Program-made: the position numbers and the translations under genes
The notes under the pieces: generated by a model
The model's database searches: none
What the model was told of the DNA's origin: nothing
What the model saw: only the letters and a program-made list of their open reading frames with translations
Shown: positions 15,304-32,529 of the stretch, piece after piece
Layout of the letters: each line of letters opens with the position of its first letter
Numbering within the stretch: position 1 is the first letter of the stretch
Source: the human T2T-CHM13v2.0 reference genome, Homo sapiens
Assembly (NCBI RefSeq): GCF_009914755.1
Contig: NC_060937.1
Reading direction: 5' to 3' (one strand)
DNA: 64,000 bases

Positions 15304-16746
15304 TTAGTCATATGAAATTTACTAAATCATAGATAAACAATATTGAAAGACCGTTTTATGTAATTTCTAATACTGTGTGCGGAGGTTATATGCTTTCATT
15401 GCACCCTGTTCAAATACTTCTCCAGAGAATTTACCGTCACTGTAAAATTAAAGTATTAATTGTGTAATTAACTGTGAAATGTTGGGTTATCCTATAAGAT
15501 TATTAGGCACATGAGGACACTGATGATCTTTATCTTGTTTGTATGCATATTGCTGGTGCTTAGCAGTGTCTGACACATGCTAGATGATTAATAAATGTTT
15601 GTTGGATGAATGAATGAGTGAGCAAGTGATACTATCCCTGATTTCAAGGAGTTACTAATATACTTGGTGTGAAAACATATGAAAAGATAAGTATAATATT
15701 AATATAGCTTTGTAGGTGCCCCAATAGGGGATTGAAAAAGGGTAGTGGGAGTTTAAGGAAGAGGCTAGCATATCTTTCTTTTCTCGCCTCTCTTGGTCCT
15801 TTGAAAGTAACTAGTACTGCTTTAGGACTCATAGTGTCTCTGTGTCTCTGTCGAGAGTACCTCACTTTGTTCTGCTTTCAAATGATCCTCAGAGTGGCAG
15901 GATTTTTAAAAAGACTGGTAATGTCCTGTGTAGGTGAAATAAAGGGGATGGGCACGCTCAAGCGTCTTTGCAGTATCACTTGTTATAGTATTTTGGGAAA
16001 ATAATCTGGTGTTAGATGTTAAAATAAAAGTGCATACCCTCTGACCCAGCTATTCATCTTTTGTGAATCTTTCCTATAGAGTTAAAAAACTGAATTATGA
16101 GCATGTTCACCATGACATTTACAACAACATTGTTTGTAGTAGCCAAAATGCTGACCAACCACAGTGTCCGCTAAATGGATGAATGACTGAATAAATTACA
16201 ATGCATTATTACTATAAAATACTATGCAGCTGTGACTTAAAGACCTGTTTGTATGAATCGTTAAAGTAGAAAAGCAATTTGTAGTCATGTGTAGTACATT
16301 CTCATATCACTTGAACCATCTTCTCATCCTAAAATATTTTAAATTGTGTTGGATGAGCACAGAGAAAGGTGTGGACATCTACATATCACAATAATTTTTT
16401 TAAGCTCAAAGGATTTATGAGAGAGGGGTTTTTCTTGACACATTTCTCTTAGACTTTTTAATTTTAGGTATTTTCAAATCTATAGAAAAGATGAATGAAT
16501 AGTACTGTGCATGCCTGTGTACTCTTCACCTAGATTATTATTTAATAAACTTTTTTTTGATATTTGCTTTCTCTATTTCTCCCTTTCTTTGCCTTTTCCT
16601 CTTCCTTTCTCACCCTTCCTCTTTCCTTTCCTCCCTCCATTCTCTTCTCTGTTTTTCTCCTGATCCATTTGAAAGAAGGTTGCAAACATCATGGCGCATC
16701 ACTCCTGAATACTTTACCAGGCTTCTTAAGGGGAAGACCATGTTCC

Positions 16747-17314
16747 TGTAACTGGATTTTTCTTGCCTGCTGCACAGATAGAGTCTATTTATTGAGACAG
16801 CGTTATTGCAATAGAGAAAGAGTTTAATAAACACAGGGCTGGCTAAATGGGAGACTGAAGTTTTATTACTCAAATAAATTTCTCCCAAAATTTGGAGGCT
16901 AGGGTTTTTAAAGAATAATTTGGTGGGCAGGGGGCCAGGGAGTGAGGAATGCTGACTGGTTGGTTTGGGGATGAAATTATAGGTGCTTGAGGCAGGGTCT
17001 TCTTGCTACCTTCAGTTACTGGGTAAGATCACAGAACTAGTTGAGCCAGTTTGCTGGTCTGGCTGCATGACTCCTGAGCCTTAATTTCTAATGTTAGTTT
17101 TACAAATGCAGTCTGTTCCCCAGACAAGGAGGGGGTTTGTTTTGGGAAGGGGCTGTTTTCATTGTTTTACAGTTAAAGTATAAATTAAATTCCTCTTATA
17201 GTTAGCATGGCCTACACCCAGGAATGAACAGGGGCAGCTTGGAGGTTAAAAGCAAGATAAAGTTGGTTAGGTCGGATTTTTCTCAGTGTCATAATTTTTG
17301 CACTGGCCATTTCA
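16747..17314 (-). mobile_element. Solo ERV1 LTR, LTR8-like
   Basis: TG...CA termini with a 4-bp TSD TTCC (16743-16746 and 17315-17318). The minus strand begins TGAAATGGCCAGTGCAAAAATTATGAC...CCTAACCAACT...CCTCCAAGCTG...TTCATTCCTGGGTGTAGGC, like LTR8. It interrupts an old antisense L1M fragment. Confidence 0.85.
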
Positions 17315-17639
17315 TTCCTGCAAAAAAGCACAATACCATCATTACACCCAAGGAAAATTGACAGCAACCTAACAGTTTCATCTCATGTATTGTCCATATT
17401 TAAGCTTGTCCCTCGGAGTCTTTTTTTATTGTTTTTTAATCCCATCTGTGGCCCAAAGTTACACAGTGTCTTTGATTATGTCTCTTTATTATCTTGCCGT
17501 CTTTCATATTTCATTTCATTAATTTTCAGGAGAGTCCACGGTAGTTGATTTGTAGAATGTGGCACATTCTAGATAGAAAGTGTTAACGTTGGTTCACTAA
17601 AGGCACTTGTGAAGTGATTCCAAGAATGAGGGTTGTAGG

Positions 17640-18100
17640 TGATAATTTGCACTATCACTCACAGAACTCGCAGAAACTCTTTGCTTACTATTATCGGTTT
17701 ATTATAAAGGGTACAGCTTGAGAGTAACCCAGTGGAGGAGATGCACAGGGCAAGGTGTTAGGAAGGGGTGCAGAGCATCCATGCCCTCTCCAGGTGCACC
17801 ACCCTCCATCACTTCCGTGTGTTCAGCAACCCACAAGTCCTCTGATCCTTGTCCTTGGGTTTTTATGAAGGCCTGACTAGGTAGGCATGATTGATCCTAT
17901 CAATCTGCCATTAGTGATTAAGTCATTCTTCAGTCCCTCTCCCCTTTGGAGGGTGGGGGTGGGGCTGAAAGTTCCAACCCCTTAATCACATGGTTGGATC
18001 CTCTGGCCACCTGCTCCCATCCTCTAAGAGTCATCTCATTAGCATAAACTCAGGTATGATTGAAAGGAGCTTGTTATGAATAACAGAAGACATTCCTCTC
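17640..18100. mobile_element. MER21-like LTR fragment
   Basis: actcacagaactc, ggtttattataaagggtaca, ggaggagatgcacagggcaagg and ccatgccctctccagg match recalled MER21. Confidence 0.7.
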
Positions 18101-18109
18101 TCAACAGTC

Positions 18110-18810
18110 ATTTCTATGATATTCTTGCCAAAAATGTACAACCTGAGTATAATCATGAGGAAACATCAGACAAACCAAATTGAAAGACAGTCTACAAAAT
18201 AAATGGCTTCTTCTCTTCAAACATGTCAAGGTCAGGAAACACAAAGAAGAGTTGAGCAACTTATGTAGATCAAAGGAAACTAAAGACACATGACAACTAA
18301 ATGCAATGTGTGATCCTGGTTTAGATCCTGGACCAGAAGAAAAATGTTTTTCTTTTGTAGTAAGGGTCATAAGTGGGACAATTGGTGAGATTTGAATAAG
18401 GTCTGGAGATGAGGTGATAGCAATGTTAGCAGTGTTAGGCTTGTCTGATTTTGATCCTTGTACTGTGATTATAGAAGAGATATACCTTGCTTTTAGGAGA
18501 TGTACACTGACATATTTAGAAGTAAAATGACATCTTGTCTGCAACTTACCTTCATATGTTTAAGAAGGAAAATTATGTATCTGTGTATAAATAGAAAAAA
18601 TTAGTGACAAAGCAAATAAATGTGATAAGATGTTATCATTTGTAGAACCTCCATATATAGTAATTCTGCTTACTATTTTTTTGAAATTTTTTTAAATTTT
18701 GAATTTTGAAATTATTTCAAAATAATTTTGAATTTTTTTATTTTGAAATAATTTCAAAATTTAAAAAATTTAAAATTTAATTTCAAAATAAAAAGTTAAA
18801 AAAATAGGGA
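18110..18810 (+). mobile_element. L1MC-type 3' UTR fragment
   Basis: Contains ttcttgccaaaaatgtacaacctg, aggaaacatcagacaaacc and gacatgacaactaaatgcaatgtgtgatcctgg. Confidence 0.75.
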
Positions 18811-20258
18811 AGAGCAAGAACCCCCACTCTCCACTAATATTTAAAGAATAAAAGCAGAGATGCATTTGGGATTTTGAACTTACATATTACTCATCTGGCT
18901 AATTCTGAAGGATAGGCAGGTTTAAAAACTTGCTTTATGAAAGGCAGAAAAGGGAAGACAATCTACTGTCTTGTTTGGTAACTGCTTAATTATTCAAATA
19001 TGAATATTTTTTTCCTGTGCTGATTGTGAACTTTTGTTAAGATAGAGAAACTTTGAAGCAAAAATGTAATTCGGTTAAAATGAATTTCAAAATCCTCAGG
19101 AAATAAGAGTGCTTTTGGCCTCTGTTTGATCCTGGCAGCATGTCTAGCTGATGTCTGGGCAGTGTTTTGGAACCAGCAGGCAGTCAGGGGAAGGCCACTC
19201 CTAGGGGCCTCTTCTCTGTGGCCTGGTGGTGATTTCCCATACAGATGGGACCTGGTGAACTCTGCCAGAGGTCATCCTTGACTCCCAGTCCACACCTCCC
19301 AGTCATAATTTTTATGAGTATGTGATTAATAATATCCTTGAAGTTGTAAACTAACTCTCAAAGAATACCTCTACTGTCCCCATACCATTTAAACAAGGAT
19401 CTGTTCAAATAGTGTTGTCTTTCCTGGGATGTGAAAAGAAAGAAACTAAATGCAAAATGGTAACTTTCAAATCTGTATGATACTGTTTAGTGCTTCAGTG
19501 ATTCTTCCCATCTAGCTGATCTTTTGAGCTCTTAGGTATAAAATACTTTTCTGATTATTACCCTCTTTTGGCTTTAGGATTAATTAATGGACAGTAGTTT
19601 CGGGAACAGTTAGTCGAGGCATAGATGTTTGTTGTCTGCCATGAGCCATTATCTCACCATATTGGCCTTAGGAAAGAAAAAGAGATAACGATTTAGTTTT
19701 GCATAGTCATATATAATATTTTATTTAGAAAACATTAAAGAGAAAATGGTTTTGTGTTTTAATTTTGTTTTTAAAATATCATTTAGTGAGATAAAAGTCT
19801 GTGTTTTTATGCTGTATTTACTATTCAAGTAGAAAGATTTTTAAAATTCCATGCTTCATTTACGTGCTTGATGGCTCTGTTCTTTGATATCCAAAATGTA
19901 AATTAATATTTGCTTTCAATTCCTTTGAGTTAGATTTTTCTAAAATTAACACCTATTTTTCAGCTTTGGATATAGAGGACAAATACAACATATGATTTAT
20001 CCTGTGAAACTGCAAGCATGTTAACTTTCTGAATATTATCAGTCACAAATTTTGGGCATCAGAAAATAATCTCTTTTTTTGTTCAAATTGTCATTAACTA
20101 TTTCTGAAAACTATATTGTATTTTACTGATGACAGAGTTTGGTTCCACCTATTTTAACATTGGCCACACAGGGAGCTAAAAAATTTATACCAGCAGTAGG
20201 CTATAAACATGAAAGCCAGTAAAGTTAAATATGAAATATTAAATATATATGTTAATAG

Positions 20259-20520
<262 letters not shown>

Positions 20521-21074
20521 TGAACAATACTATTTCTGTTTAACCAGGGCAGGGAAGTTCAAAAATCCTGAGACTGCCTGCTAACTTACTTACTGTTTTG
20601 CAAAAACACTTGTAAATTGAAATATTCTGAATTATTTATTTGTACATAAGATCAATATTTTTGGTAAAATAAATTGTTGATGTACCTTGGTCTAATACCT
20701 TTCATCCCTTCCAGTCCCTCCCTTAGAGTCTTATTTTTTCCAGAACTTTATTTATTTATTGTAATATATGAGCGATTTGCATATTGCTGGTTTTATTTCA
20801 CGTTTCTCTGTCTCACCCTGTTTTGGATTCCTTCACATATGGGAGATGTTCCCCCATAAGTAGGAACGTCTGTTTTCTGATGTATACCATCGAATCTGCC
20901 TGCTTTTCTGAACCTTAATCATTCAGACATCATCTCACAGGCATCTCAAATTTAACTTGTCCATGAATCTGCTATTTTCCTCTCAACCTGTTTCTTCTCT
21001 GCAAATGGCAACTTCTCTCATGTTGCAGAGCCAGAACTTTGGGTGTTGTGCTCATCTCCCCATTCTTTGTAATT

Positions 21075-21371
21075 GTGGTTGTTGTTTTGAGACAGGGTCT
21101 CACTCTGTCACTTAGGCTGGAGTGCAGTGATGGGCCCAGGGCTCATTGCAGTCTTAACCTCCAATGTTCAGCTGATCCTCCCACCTCAACCTCCCTGGTA
21201 GCTGGGACTACAGGCACAAGCCAGCACACCCAGCTAATTTTTTGTATTTATTGTAGAGATGGGATTTTGCCATGTTGCCTAGACTGGTCTTGAACTCCTG
21301 ACCTCAAGTGACCCACCCACCTCGGTTTCCCAAAATGTTGCAATAACAGGCATGAGCCACTGCACCTGGCC
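21075..21371 (-). mobile_element. Alu (AluJ-like)
   Basis: Antisense Alu; TSD ctcatctccccattctt on both sides. Confidence 0.92.
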
Positions 21372-21835
21372 CTCATCTCCCCATTCTTGCCATCAGTCCC
21401 TGCCTGCCTCCTGAATATCCGTCAAGTCCAGCTGCTTCTCCCATCTGTATTGTCAGTGTCCTAGCTGTGGACCCCAGCCTTGCCATTTTTCAGCATATCT
21501 CCGCAATTGTCCCCTAAGGAATTTTTCCATCTTCCCTCTTGCCCTTCCTCAGTCCCTTTTCCGTATAGCAGCCTAAGTGATTCTGGATTGCATAAATCTA
21601 GTCATACCTGCCCTGCTTCCCATTCTAGTTGCTCTCATGGGAATGTGGAATCTGTGCATGGCCTATCACACGCTGAATGCCTATTGGCCTTTTCACTGCA
21701 CCCAGCACCGTTCTCTCCTTTGCTCATACTCAGACCATGGTGTTTTCCTTTCATTCCTCTCCATAGGAATACCTGGTGGTAATCATTTGCTTTTTGCAAC
21801 AGTGAAATCTCTCTCTGTCTCTGTCTCTCTCTCTC

Positions 21836-24516
<2,681 letters not shown>

Positions 24517-25073
24517 AAATTCCTCCCTAATGTTACCATAGCCTTAGCTACTTATCTTTGGGTCCTTCTCATCTTTCTGTTTTCCTTCCCAGCCAGGAAA
24601 ATCTGTGTAAGTCTCAAATACTTTCCTCTTCCCGGAACACCAAAGCTGTCATTTCCTATGCAGGTGAACCTTTCTGGCAAGTGATACCTCTTTTCTTTTT
24701 CAAAAGCACTCTAGTTTGTCTCTTTGTGAAACATGATCAAGGGATTAATTTCCCATGTTTTATTTAGCCTGATCTCTTTCAAGGAGCTTTTTACATTTTT
24801 GCCTACCTAATTGATCTTTCTAAGCATCCTAGCATATTGCCTTCAGTTGCTTTTCACTTTCATCTAAACAAAAGCAACGCCACATTTTTTCAATGATTTC
24901 TTAGGTATATTGATGTCATTAGAAATTTCATCTGCCTTCTACTATGTTTCTCATTAAAAAAACTTATTAAAGCCCTCTGAAACATAGTTATTATGTATGG
25001 GCCAAGTAAATCATTACCCACAGAACAAGCATGAAATAGCTGTGTAGATCTCATGGGCATGCGCTATAGAAGA

Positions 25074-25075
<2 letters not shown>

Positions 25076-25113
<38 letters not shown>
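25076..25113. repeat. (TG)n dinucleotide microsatellite (~19 units)
   Basis: Directly visible. Confidence 0.97.
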
Positions 25114-25116
<3 letters not shown>

Positions 25117-26037
25117 ATAAAGCAATCTATAATATATATATATGTATATAGTGAAGAATATGATCGATTCTGATATATATAACTTTTTCCATGGAATTTT
25201 TGTGTAGCTAAAGGAATAGCATTAATTTGAATTTGTGAATGTTTTCTAAACGTCTTGAGGCAGTTTTGATAAATTGAGAATTGGCCTTTATAAAATTTAG
25301 ATACATAGCATCTCTTGAGTCAGGAACAGAAATGCTCAGGATTTTCCATATGGTTGTGGATATGGTCTAGTATAAAAGGATGCATAGGAAAATGCCTGGG
25401 AGGGTACACATGTTAAGCTGTTATCATTGGCTAGCTTAGAGATGGAAAGTCATATTGAAAAGGTGTGCCCTGCTCGCTCAAACACATGCACTAGGGTACA
25501 GGGTAACCTGCTGTAACAAAGATTTCTAAATACAGTGGGATAAATAAGAGAGACGTTTATTTACCTCTCATGTAACTGTCTGGTCCATGCTGCTAGGAGG
25601 CAAGTCAGCCTCATGAGGTCATTCAAAGATACACACACCCATCCTGATGTGCCACTCCGTTTGAATTGCCAAAGCTGAGTTTCTGCCATGTCAGGAAACC
25701 CATAGTAAGACGAGAAGAAAGGAAGCTCAAGCAAGCAATGAGAGAGTCGGAAGTTGCGTACATCACTTTAGCTTACCTTCCTTTGTCTAGGAATTAGTTT
25801 GTCATGCCTACCTACAAGCTAGATGGGAAAGTGGAGTCTGTGTCTGGGTGTCTTTTGCTCAGCTAAAATTCTATTACTGTGGAAAAATGAAAAGCAGGTT
25901 TTAGGAGAAACTAGCAGTCTGTCACAATAAACTGTGTCTTAAAAATTGTTTATATATAATTATATATATGTAACTATTGTGATATATAATGTGCTAATCA
26001 TTAGGTAAACTATTCAGTCTCTCTGGATTGCAATTTT

Positions 26038-26351
26038 CTTTTTTTTAATTTTTTTTTTTTCTTTTAGAGATAGGGTCTCTCTCTGTCACCCAGATTTGGG
26101 TACAGTGATGCAGCCGTAGCTCACTACAACTTCGAACTCCTGGGCTCAAGTGATCTTCCTGCCTCAGCCTCCCAAGTACCTGGGACTATAGGCACATGCC
26201 ACCATTCCCAGCTAATTTTCTGTTTTTATTTTTTGTAGAGACAGGGTCTTGCTACATTGCCCAGGCTGATCTTGAACTCCTGGTCTCAAGTCATCTCCCA
26301 CCTTGACTTCCCAAAGTGCTGGAATTAAAGGTGTGAGCCACTGCACCCAGC
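26038..26351 (-). mobile_element. Alu (AluJ-like)
   Basis: Antisense Alu flanked by caattttct repeats. Confidence 0.92.
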
Positions 26352-26539
26352 ACAATTTTCTCATTTGTAAGGTCCCATTTTTCTCTGTAGTTTACTTATT
26401 CTATAACTAGTTGCGCAGTTTCCCAAGAGCAGGTACCATATTGTGTGCTCTCATTTTCCTTCCCATGATATCTAATGGCTGCATGAGTAATAGTGTAGAA
26501 TACATGTTGATGCATATAGATAGGTTTGCTCAGATTAAA

Positions 26540-26730
26540 GGGCTAGATAGTAAATGTTTTAGACTTTGTGGGACACAAGGTTTCTGTTACAACTGCTTGA
26601 CTCTGCTGTTACAACATGAAAACAGTCATATGTAAGCAAACCAGGCTGGCTGTGTTCTAATAAAACTTTTTTTACAAAAATAGGTAGGAGGCTAGATTTG
26701 GCCTTCAGGCCATATTTTGCCAACCATTGT
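26540..26730. mobile_element. MER58-like hAT-Charlie MITE
   Basis: Contains tagtaaatgttttagactttgtggg, ggctgtgttctaataaaacttt and gatttggcc...tttgccaacc. Confidence 0.7.
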
Positions 26731-26794
26731 CTTGTAGGAAAGTTACACTTTCCAAATAGATACAGGTGTAAACTCAGATTTCAGGAGCTCCATT

Positions 26795-27093
26795 CTTTTT
26801 TTTTTTGTTGTTTTTTTGAGACAGAGTCTCACTCTGTCACCCAGGCTGGAGTACAATGGTGCGGTCTCGGCTCACTACAACCTTCACCTCCCGGGTTCAA
26901 GCGGGAGGCCTCAGCCTCAAGAGTAGCTGGGATTACAGGCGCCTGCCACCACGCCTGGCTAATTATTGTATTTTTAGTAGAGACGGGGTTTCACCATGTT
27001 GGCCAGGCTGGTCTCGAATTGCTGACCTTGTGATCCTCCTGCCTCGGCCTCCCAAAGTGCTGGGATTACAGGTGTGAGCCACTGTGCCTGGCC
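26795..27093 (-). mobile_element. Alu (AluSg-like)
   Basis: Antisense Alu; TSD aggagctccattctt. Confidence 0.95.
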
Positions 27094-27819
27094 AGGAGCT
27101 CCATTCTTAACAGAAAACAGAACTAGAAGTTAGGTAGGTCAGTGCTGAAGCTTAGGATGCAGGAAAACTTCTGTCTGATGTTTTATTAATTACATTTTGT
27201 CTCATGCTCTTTGTATATTCCCATATAACAGGATAGTAATGTTCTTTTTTGAGAGCCCAGCATTGCATTAAGCATTATATCATTTATACCTGATAACAAT
27301 CATGCATAATAGGTTCTATTATTGTTAATTTACAAATGAGGAAACTAAAGCTTTGAGAGGTTAACTAACTTACCTAAGGTAAGGGATAGACCTGGTATTT
27401 GAACTTGACTATCTGATTCTTTGCTTACTTTATGGTTATTGTTGCAAAAGTGGGGATTCTGTGAGACTTGAATAGTAAAATCAGAATCATACTTCGTAGG
27501 TTTCTTATGCAGCATGATGGTACAGATTAGAACCATACAAGAGTGGACTAAAGTAATAGGAAGGAATGAACAAACCTCTGTTTACTCTGACTTCAGCTGT
27601 CATGCTGCAGTCACCTGCTCTTCTTGTGGAAGCCTGATGTAATTTCTGCCTTCCCTGGATGTAACATGCTTCCTCCCACTTGCTTTCATTCCTGTGTAAC
27701 ATCTTTGTAATCTGGATGACCAAGATTAGATACTTCATTCTTCACAAAACCTTCCTGCATCCTAGAACTCTCCCAATACTATTAGTATCCTCTTGTGGCA
27801 GTTACCTATTTTGATATTA

Positions 27820-30462
27820 CAGTTGACCTTTGAACAACACTGGTTTGAACTGTGCAGGTCCATTTATCTTGGATTTTTTTTCAATAAATATATCCTAAAA
27901 TTATTTGAAGATTTGTGACAATTTGAAAAAGCTTTCAGACAAACTCTATAGCCTCGAAGTACCAAAGAAAGAAAAAGGTATGTCATGAATACATAAAATA
28001 TATAGAGATACTAGTCTGTTTCATCATTTGCTATTATAAAATTTACACAAATCTATTATAAAAGTTAACATTTATCAAAACTTACACAAACAGAGACCAT
28101 ACCTGGTGCCATTCAAAGCAGAGAGAAATGTACACAAACAGTAAAGACGCAGCATGAAATCATAACCACATTAAGATTCACTGTAGTACATACTGTACTA
28201 CTGTATAGTTTCATAGCCACCTACTGTTGCTATTGCAGTGAGTTCAAGTGTTGCGAGTATCTGCTTAAAACACCATGTGATGCTGATCACCGCTGTGTGA
28301 TCAGTTCTCTCTCCAGTAAATTGCATATGGCAGTAAAAAGTCATTGCTTATGGTTCTGGAATATTTTTCATCATGTTTAGTGCAAACCATAAACTTTGAA
28401 TAACAGGACAGAATCCATACAAAGTGCTACTAGTAATGCTGGAGGTCCTCCCAAGAAGCAGAGAAAAGTCATGACATTACGAGAAAAAGTTGAATTACTT
28501 GATAATATATGGTAGATTGAGGTCTGCAGATGTAGTTTCCTGTCATTTCAAGATAAATGAATCCCATGTAAGGACCATTGTAAAAAAAAATAAAATGAAA
28601 TTTATGAAGCATTTGCTGCAGCTACACCAGCAGGTGTGAAAATCTTGCACTTTTTTGTGAAACACCTTTCATTTCATATTGAAGATGCAGCTTTTATGTG
28701 GGTACAGGATTACTATAAGAAAGGCATTCCCATAGACTCGAATATGACTGTCTATGGGAAAAGTGAAGTTGTTATATGACAACTTAAAGCAAAAGGAAGG
28801 TGGAAGGATATAAAGCTGGAGAATGTATTGCCAACCAAGGATGGTTTGATAATTTTAGAAAGAGATTTGGCTTTAAAATGTGAAGACAAAACAGAAGCTG
28901 TTTCTGCCAACTAAGAGGCAGCATTAAGACACCATTAAGAAAATCATTGAAGAGAAAGGATATCTGCTGAACAGGTTTTTAATGCAGACGCAAGTGCCTT
29001 ATTCTGAGGGGGAAAAAAAAGCCACAAGGAACATTTCTTAGTAGGGAAAAGAAGCAAGCATGAGGAGTTAAGACAGGGAGGAATAGGCTAACTCTGTCTG
29101 TTGTTCTGTGCAAATGCAATCAGGTTTATGATCTGCACTTATCTGTGAAGCTGCTCATCTCCTAGCCTTGAAGGAAAATGATAAGCACCGGCTGCCAGTC
29201 TTCTGGTTGTACAACAAGAAGGCTTGGACAATGAGAACCCTTTTTCTGGATTGACTCCATTGATGCTTTGTCCCTAAAGTCTGGAAGTACTTTGTCAGTA
29301 AGGGGCTGTCTTCTAAAGTTCTTTTGATATGGACAGAGCCCCAGCCACCCAGAACACATGTGTTTAACATCGAAGGTGTCGAAGTGGCCTGCTTCTCCCC
29401 AAACCCAACAAGTCTAATTCAGTCTCTAGCTCAGAGTACTGTAAGGTCCTTTCAGGCTCATTATACACAGAGCTGTATGGAAACGATCGTTGACACTGTG
29501 GAAGAGAAAAAGTCTGGAAAGATTACACCACTGAAGATGCATTGTTGTCATATAAAAAGCTGTGAAAGCCATCAAGCCCAAAATTTGTGCTGGAGAAAAC
29601 TTTGTCTGGATGTTGTGCATGACTTCACAGGATTTATGAAAGAGGCAACCAAGGAAATCATGAAAGAGATTGTGGATTTGACATAAAAGGTGGAGTGGGG
29701 GTTGAAGGGTTTTAAGGTACGGATCTTAGAGGAATCCAAGAGCGGATAGACACCACACCCGAGGAATTAACAGAGGATGACTTGATGTAGATAAATGCTT
29801 CTGAATTGGTGCCAGAGGATGAAGAAGAAGACATAGAAGAAGCAGTGCCAGAAAACAGGATCACATCAGACAATGCGGCAGAAGGATTCTGATTATTCAA
29901 GACTGCTATTGACTTATTTTACGACATGGACCCTTCTGTGATACTGGCAGTAAAACTAAAACAGTGGAAGAAGGATTGAAATCATATAGAAACATTTTTA
30001 GAGAAATGAAAAAGCAAAAAAGGCAGACAAAAATTACAAAGTATATTCATAAAGTTATACAGAGTGTGCCGCCTCTCCTGCCTCCCCTTCCACCTCCTCC
30101 ACCTCTCCTGCCTCTGCAACCCCTGAGACAGCAAGACCAGCCCCTCCTCTTCCTCCTTCTCCTCAGTCTACTCAACCTGAAGAGGAGGAGGAAGACTGTT
30201 ATGATGATCCACTTCCACTTGATGAATAGTAAATGTATTTTCTCTTATGATTTGCTTCATAACATTTTCTTTAGCTTTATTGCAAGACTGCAGTATTTAA
30301 TATATATAATATATAAAACTTGTAATTGACTATGTTTTCAGCAAGGGTTTCAGTCAACAGTATGTTATTAGTATTTACTTTTTTGTAGCATCAAAAGTTA
30401 TATATGGATTTCTGTCTGTGCAGGAGGCACCCCTAATCCTCATGTTATTCAGTCATCACCTG
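27820..30462 (+). mobile_element. Near-full-length Tigger2 (pogo-family DNA transposon) with decayed transposase
   Basis: Left TIR TA|CAGTTGACCTTTGAACAACAC; degenerate right TIR atgttattcagtcatcacctg. CENP-B-like start (MTLREKVELLD) at ~28471 and DDE-region remnants (tttaatgcagacg, PNPTSLIQ). Confidence 0.88.
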
Positions 30463-31369
30463 TGCTTTGAAATTGTCATTGTGTACTAGGCTCAATTTTT
30501 TTCTACTAGATTACATGCATCTTTAAAAAAATGACTTATTGAGGTATACTTGACATAATAAATTTCTGATATTTAAAGTATTCAATTTCATGAGTTTTGA
30601 CATACGTATACACCTGTGAAACCATTACCACAGCCATGGTGTTGAACACTTCTTTCACCTCTGGAAGTTTCCTTATGGTCTTTGACATTTACCCTCCCTC
30701 TACCCCTTTCCCAGTGTAACCACATGATCTGCTTTCTGTCACTGTAGGCTCGTTTGCATGTCCTAAAATTTTATATTAATGGAATTATACATTATTATGC
30801 ATTATTTTTGGTCTTGCTTTTTTAACTCAGCATAATTATTTTTAGGTTTATCCTTGTTATTTAATGTGTTATTGACTCTGTGTGTGTATGTGGAATAGAA
30901 TTCCATTGTATGGACAAGCCCAGTTTTGTTAATTCATTTGCCTCTTAATGGAGATTTAAATTGTTTCCAGGTTTTGATTATAGTAAATAAAGCTGCTATT
31001 AACCTTTGTATGTAAGTCTTTGTATAGACATATGTTTTTATTTAACTTGACTTAATACGTAGGAGTGAGTTGTCTGAATCAGTGAATATATGTTTAACTT
31101 TTCCAGAAACTGCCAAACTGTTCCAAAGTGTGTGTATCATTTTATATTGCCACCACAGTGTGACAATTCTTGTTCCATATCCTGACTAGCACTTGCTATT
31201 ATCTGTCTTTTCACTTTGGCCATGTAAATCGGTATATTGACGGCATCTCATTGTGTTTCTTTAACAATAATGATGTTGAACAATTTTTCCTATGCTTAGT
31301 GGACATTTTGACTGTGTTTTTTTACTTGGTGTGTTTTTTGTCTTATAATTGTGTTGTAAGTGTTCTTTA

Positions 31370-31890
<521 letters not shown>

Positions 31891-32138
31891 TATTTTATGT
31901 GAATATCTTCTCTCAGGCTGTAGTTTGCTATTTTATTTTCTTAGTTGCCTCTTTTGAGGAGCAGACTTAAATTTTGATGAAGTACAGTTTGTCAATATTT
32001 TTATAGTTCATGGTTTCTATGTACTAAGAATCCGTTGCCTACCTTAAGGTAACAGATTTTTTCCTCCATATTTTCTACTGTAGTTATGAAAATAGGTTTG
32101 TGATTCATTTGGAGTTAATTTTTTGTCTATGTTGTTAG

Positions 32139-32459
<321 letters not shown>

Positions 32460-32529
32460 TTTTTTTTTTTTTTTTTTGGTCCAAATGGTTAGCTGTTTGT
32501 TCTAGTACCATTTATTGAAACGACATTTA

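Noticed and set aside
28471-30060. Possible TIGD-like domesticated transposase gene (also 48650-50250)
   Set aside because: Many stops and frameshifts; these are ordinary decayed Tigger2 and Tigger1 copies.
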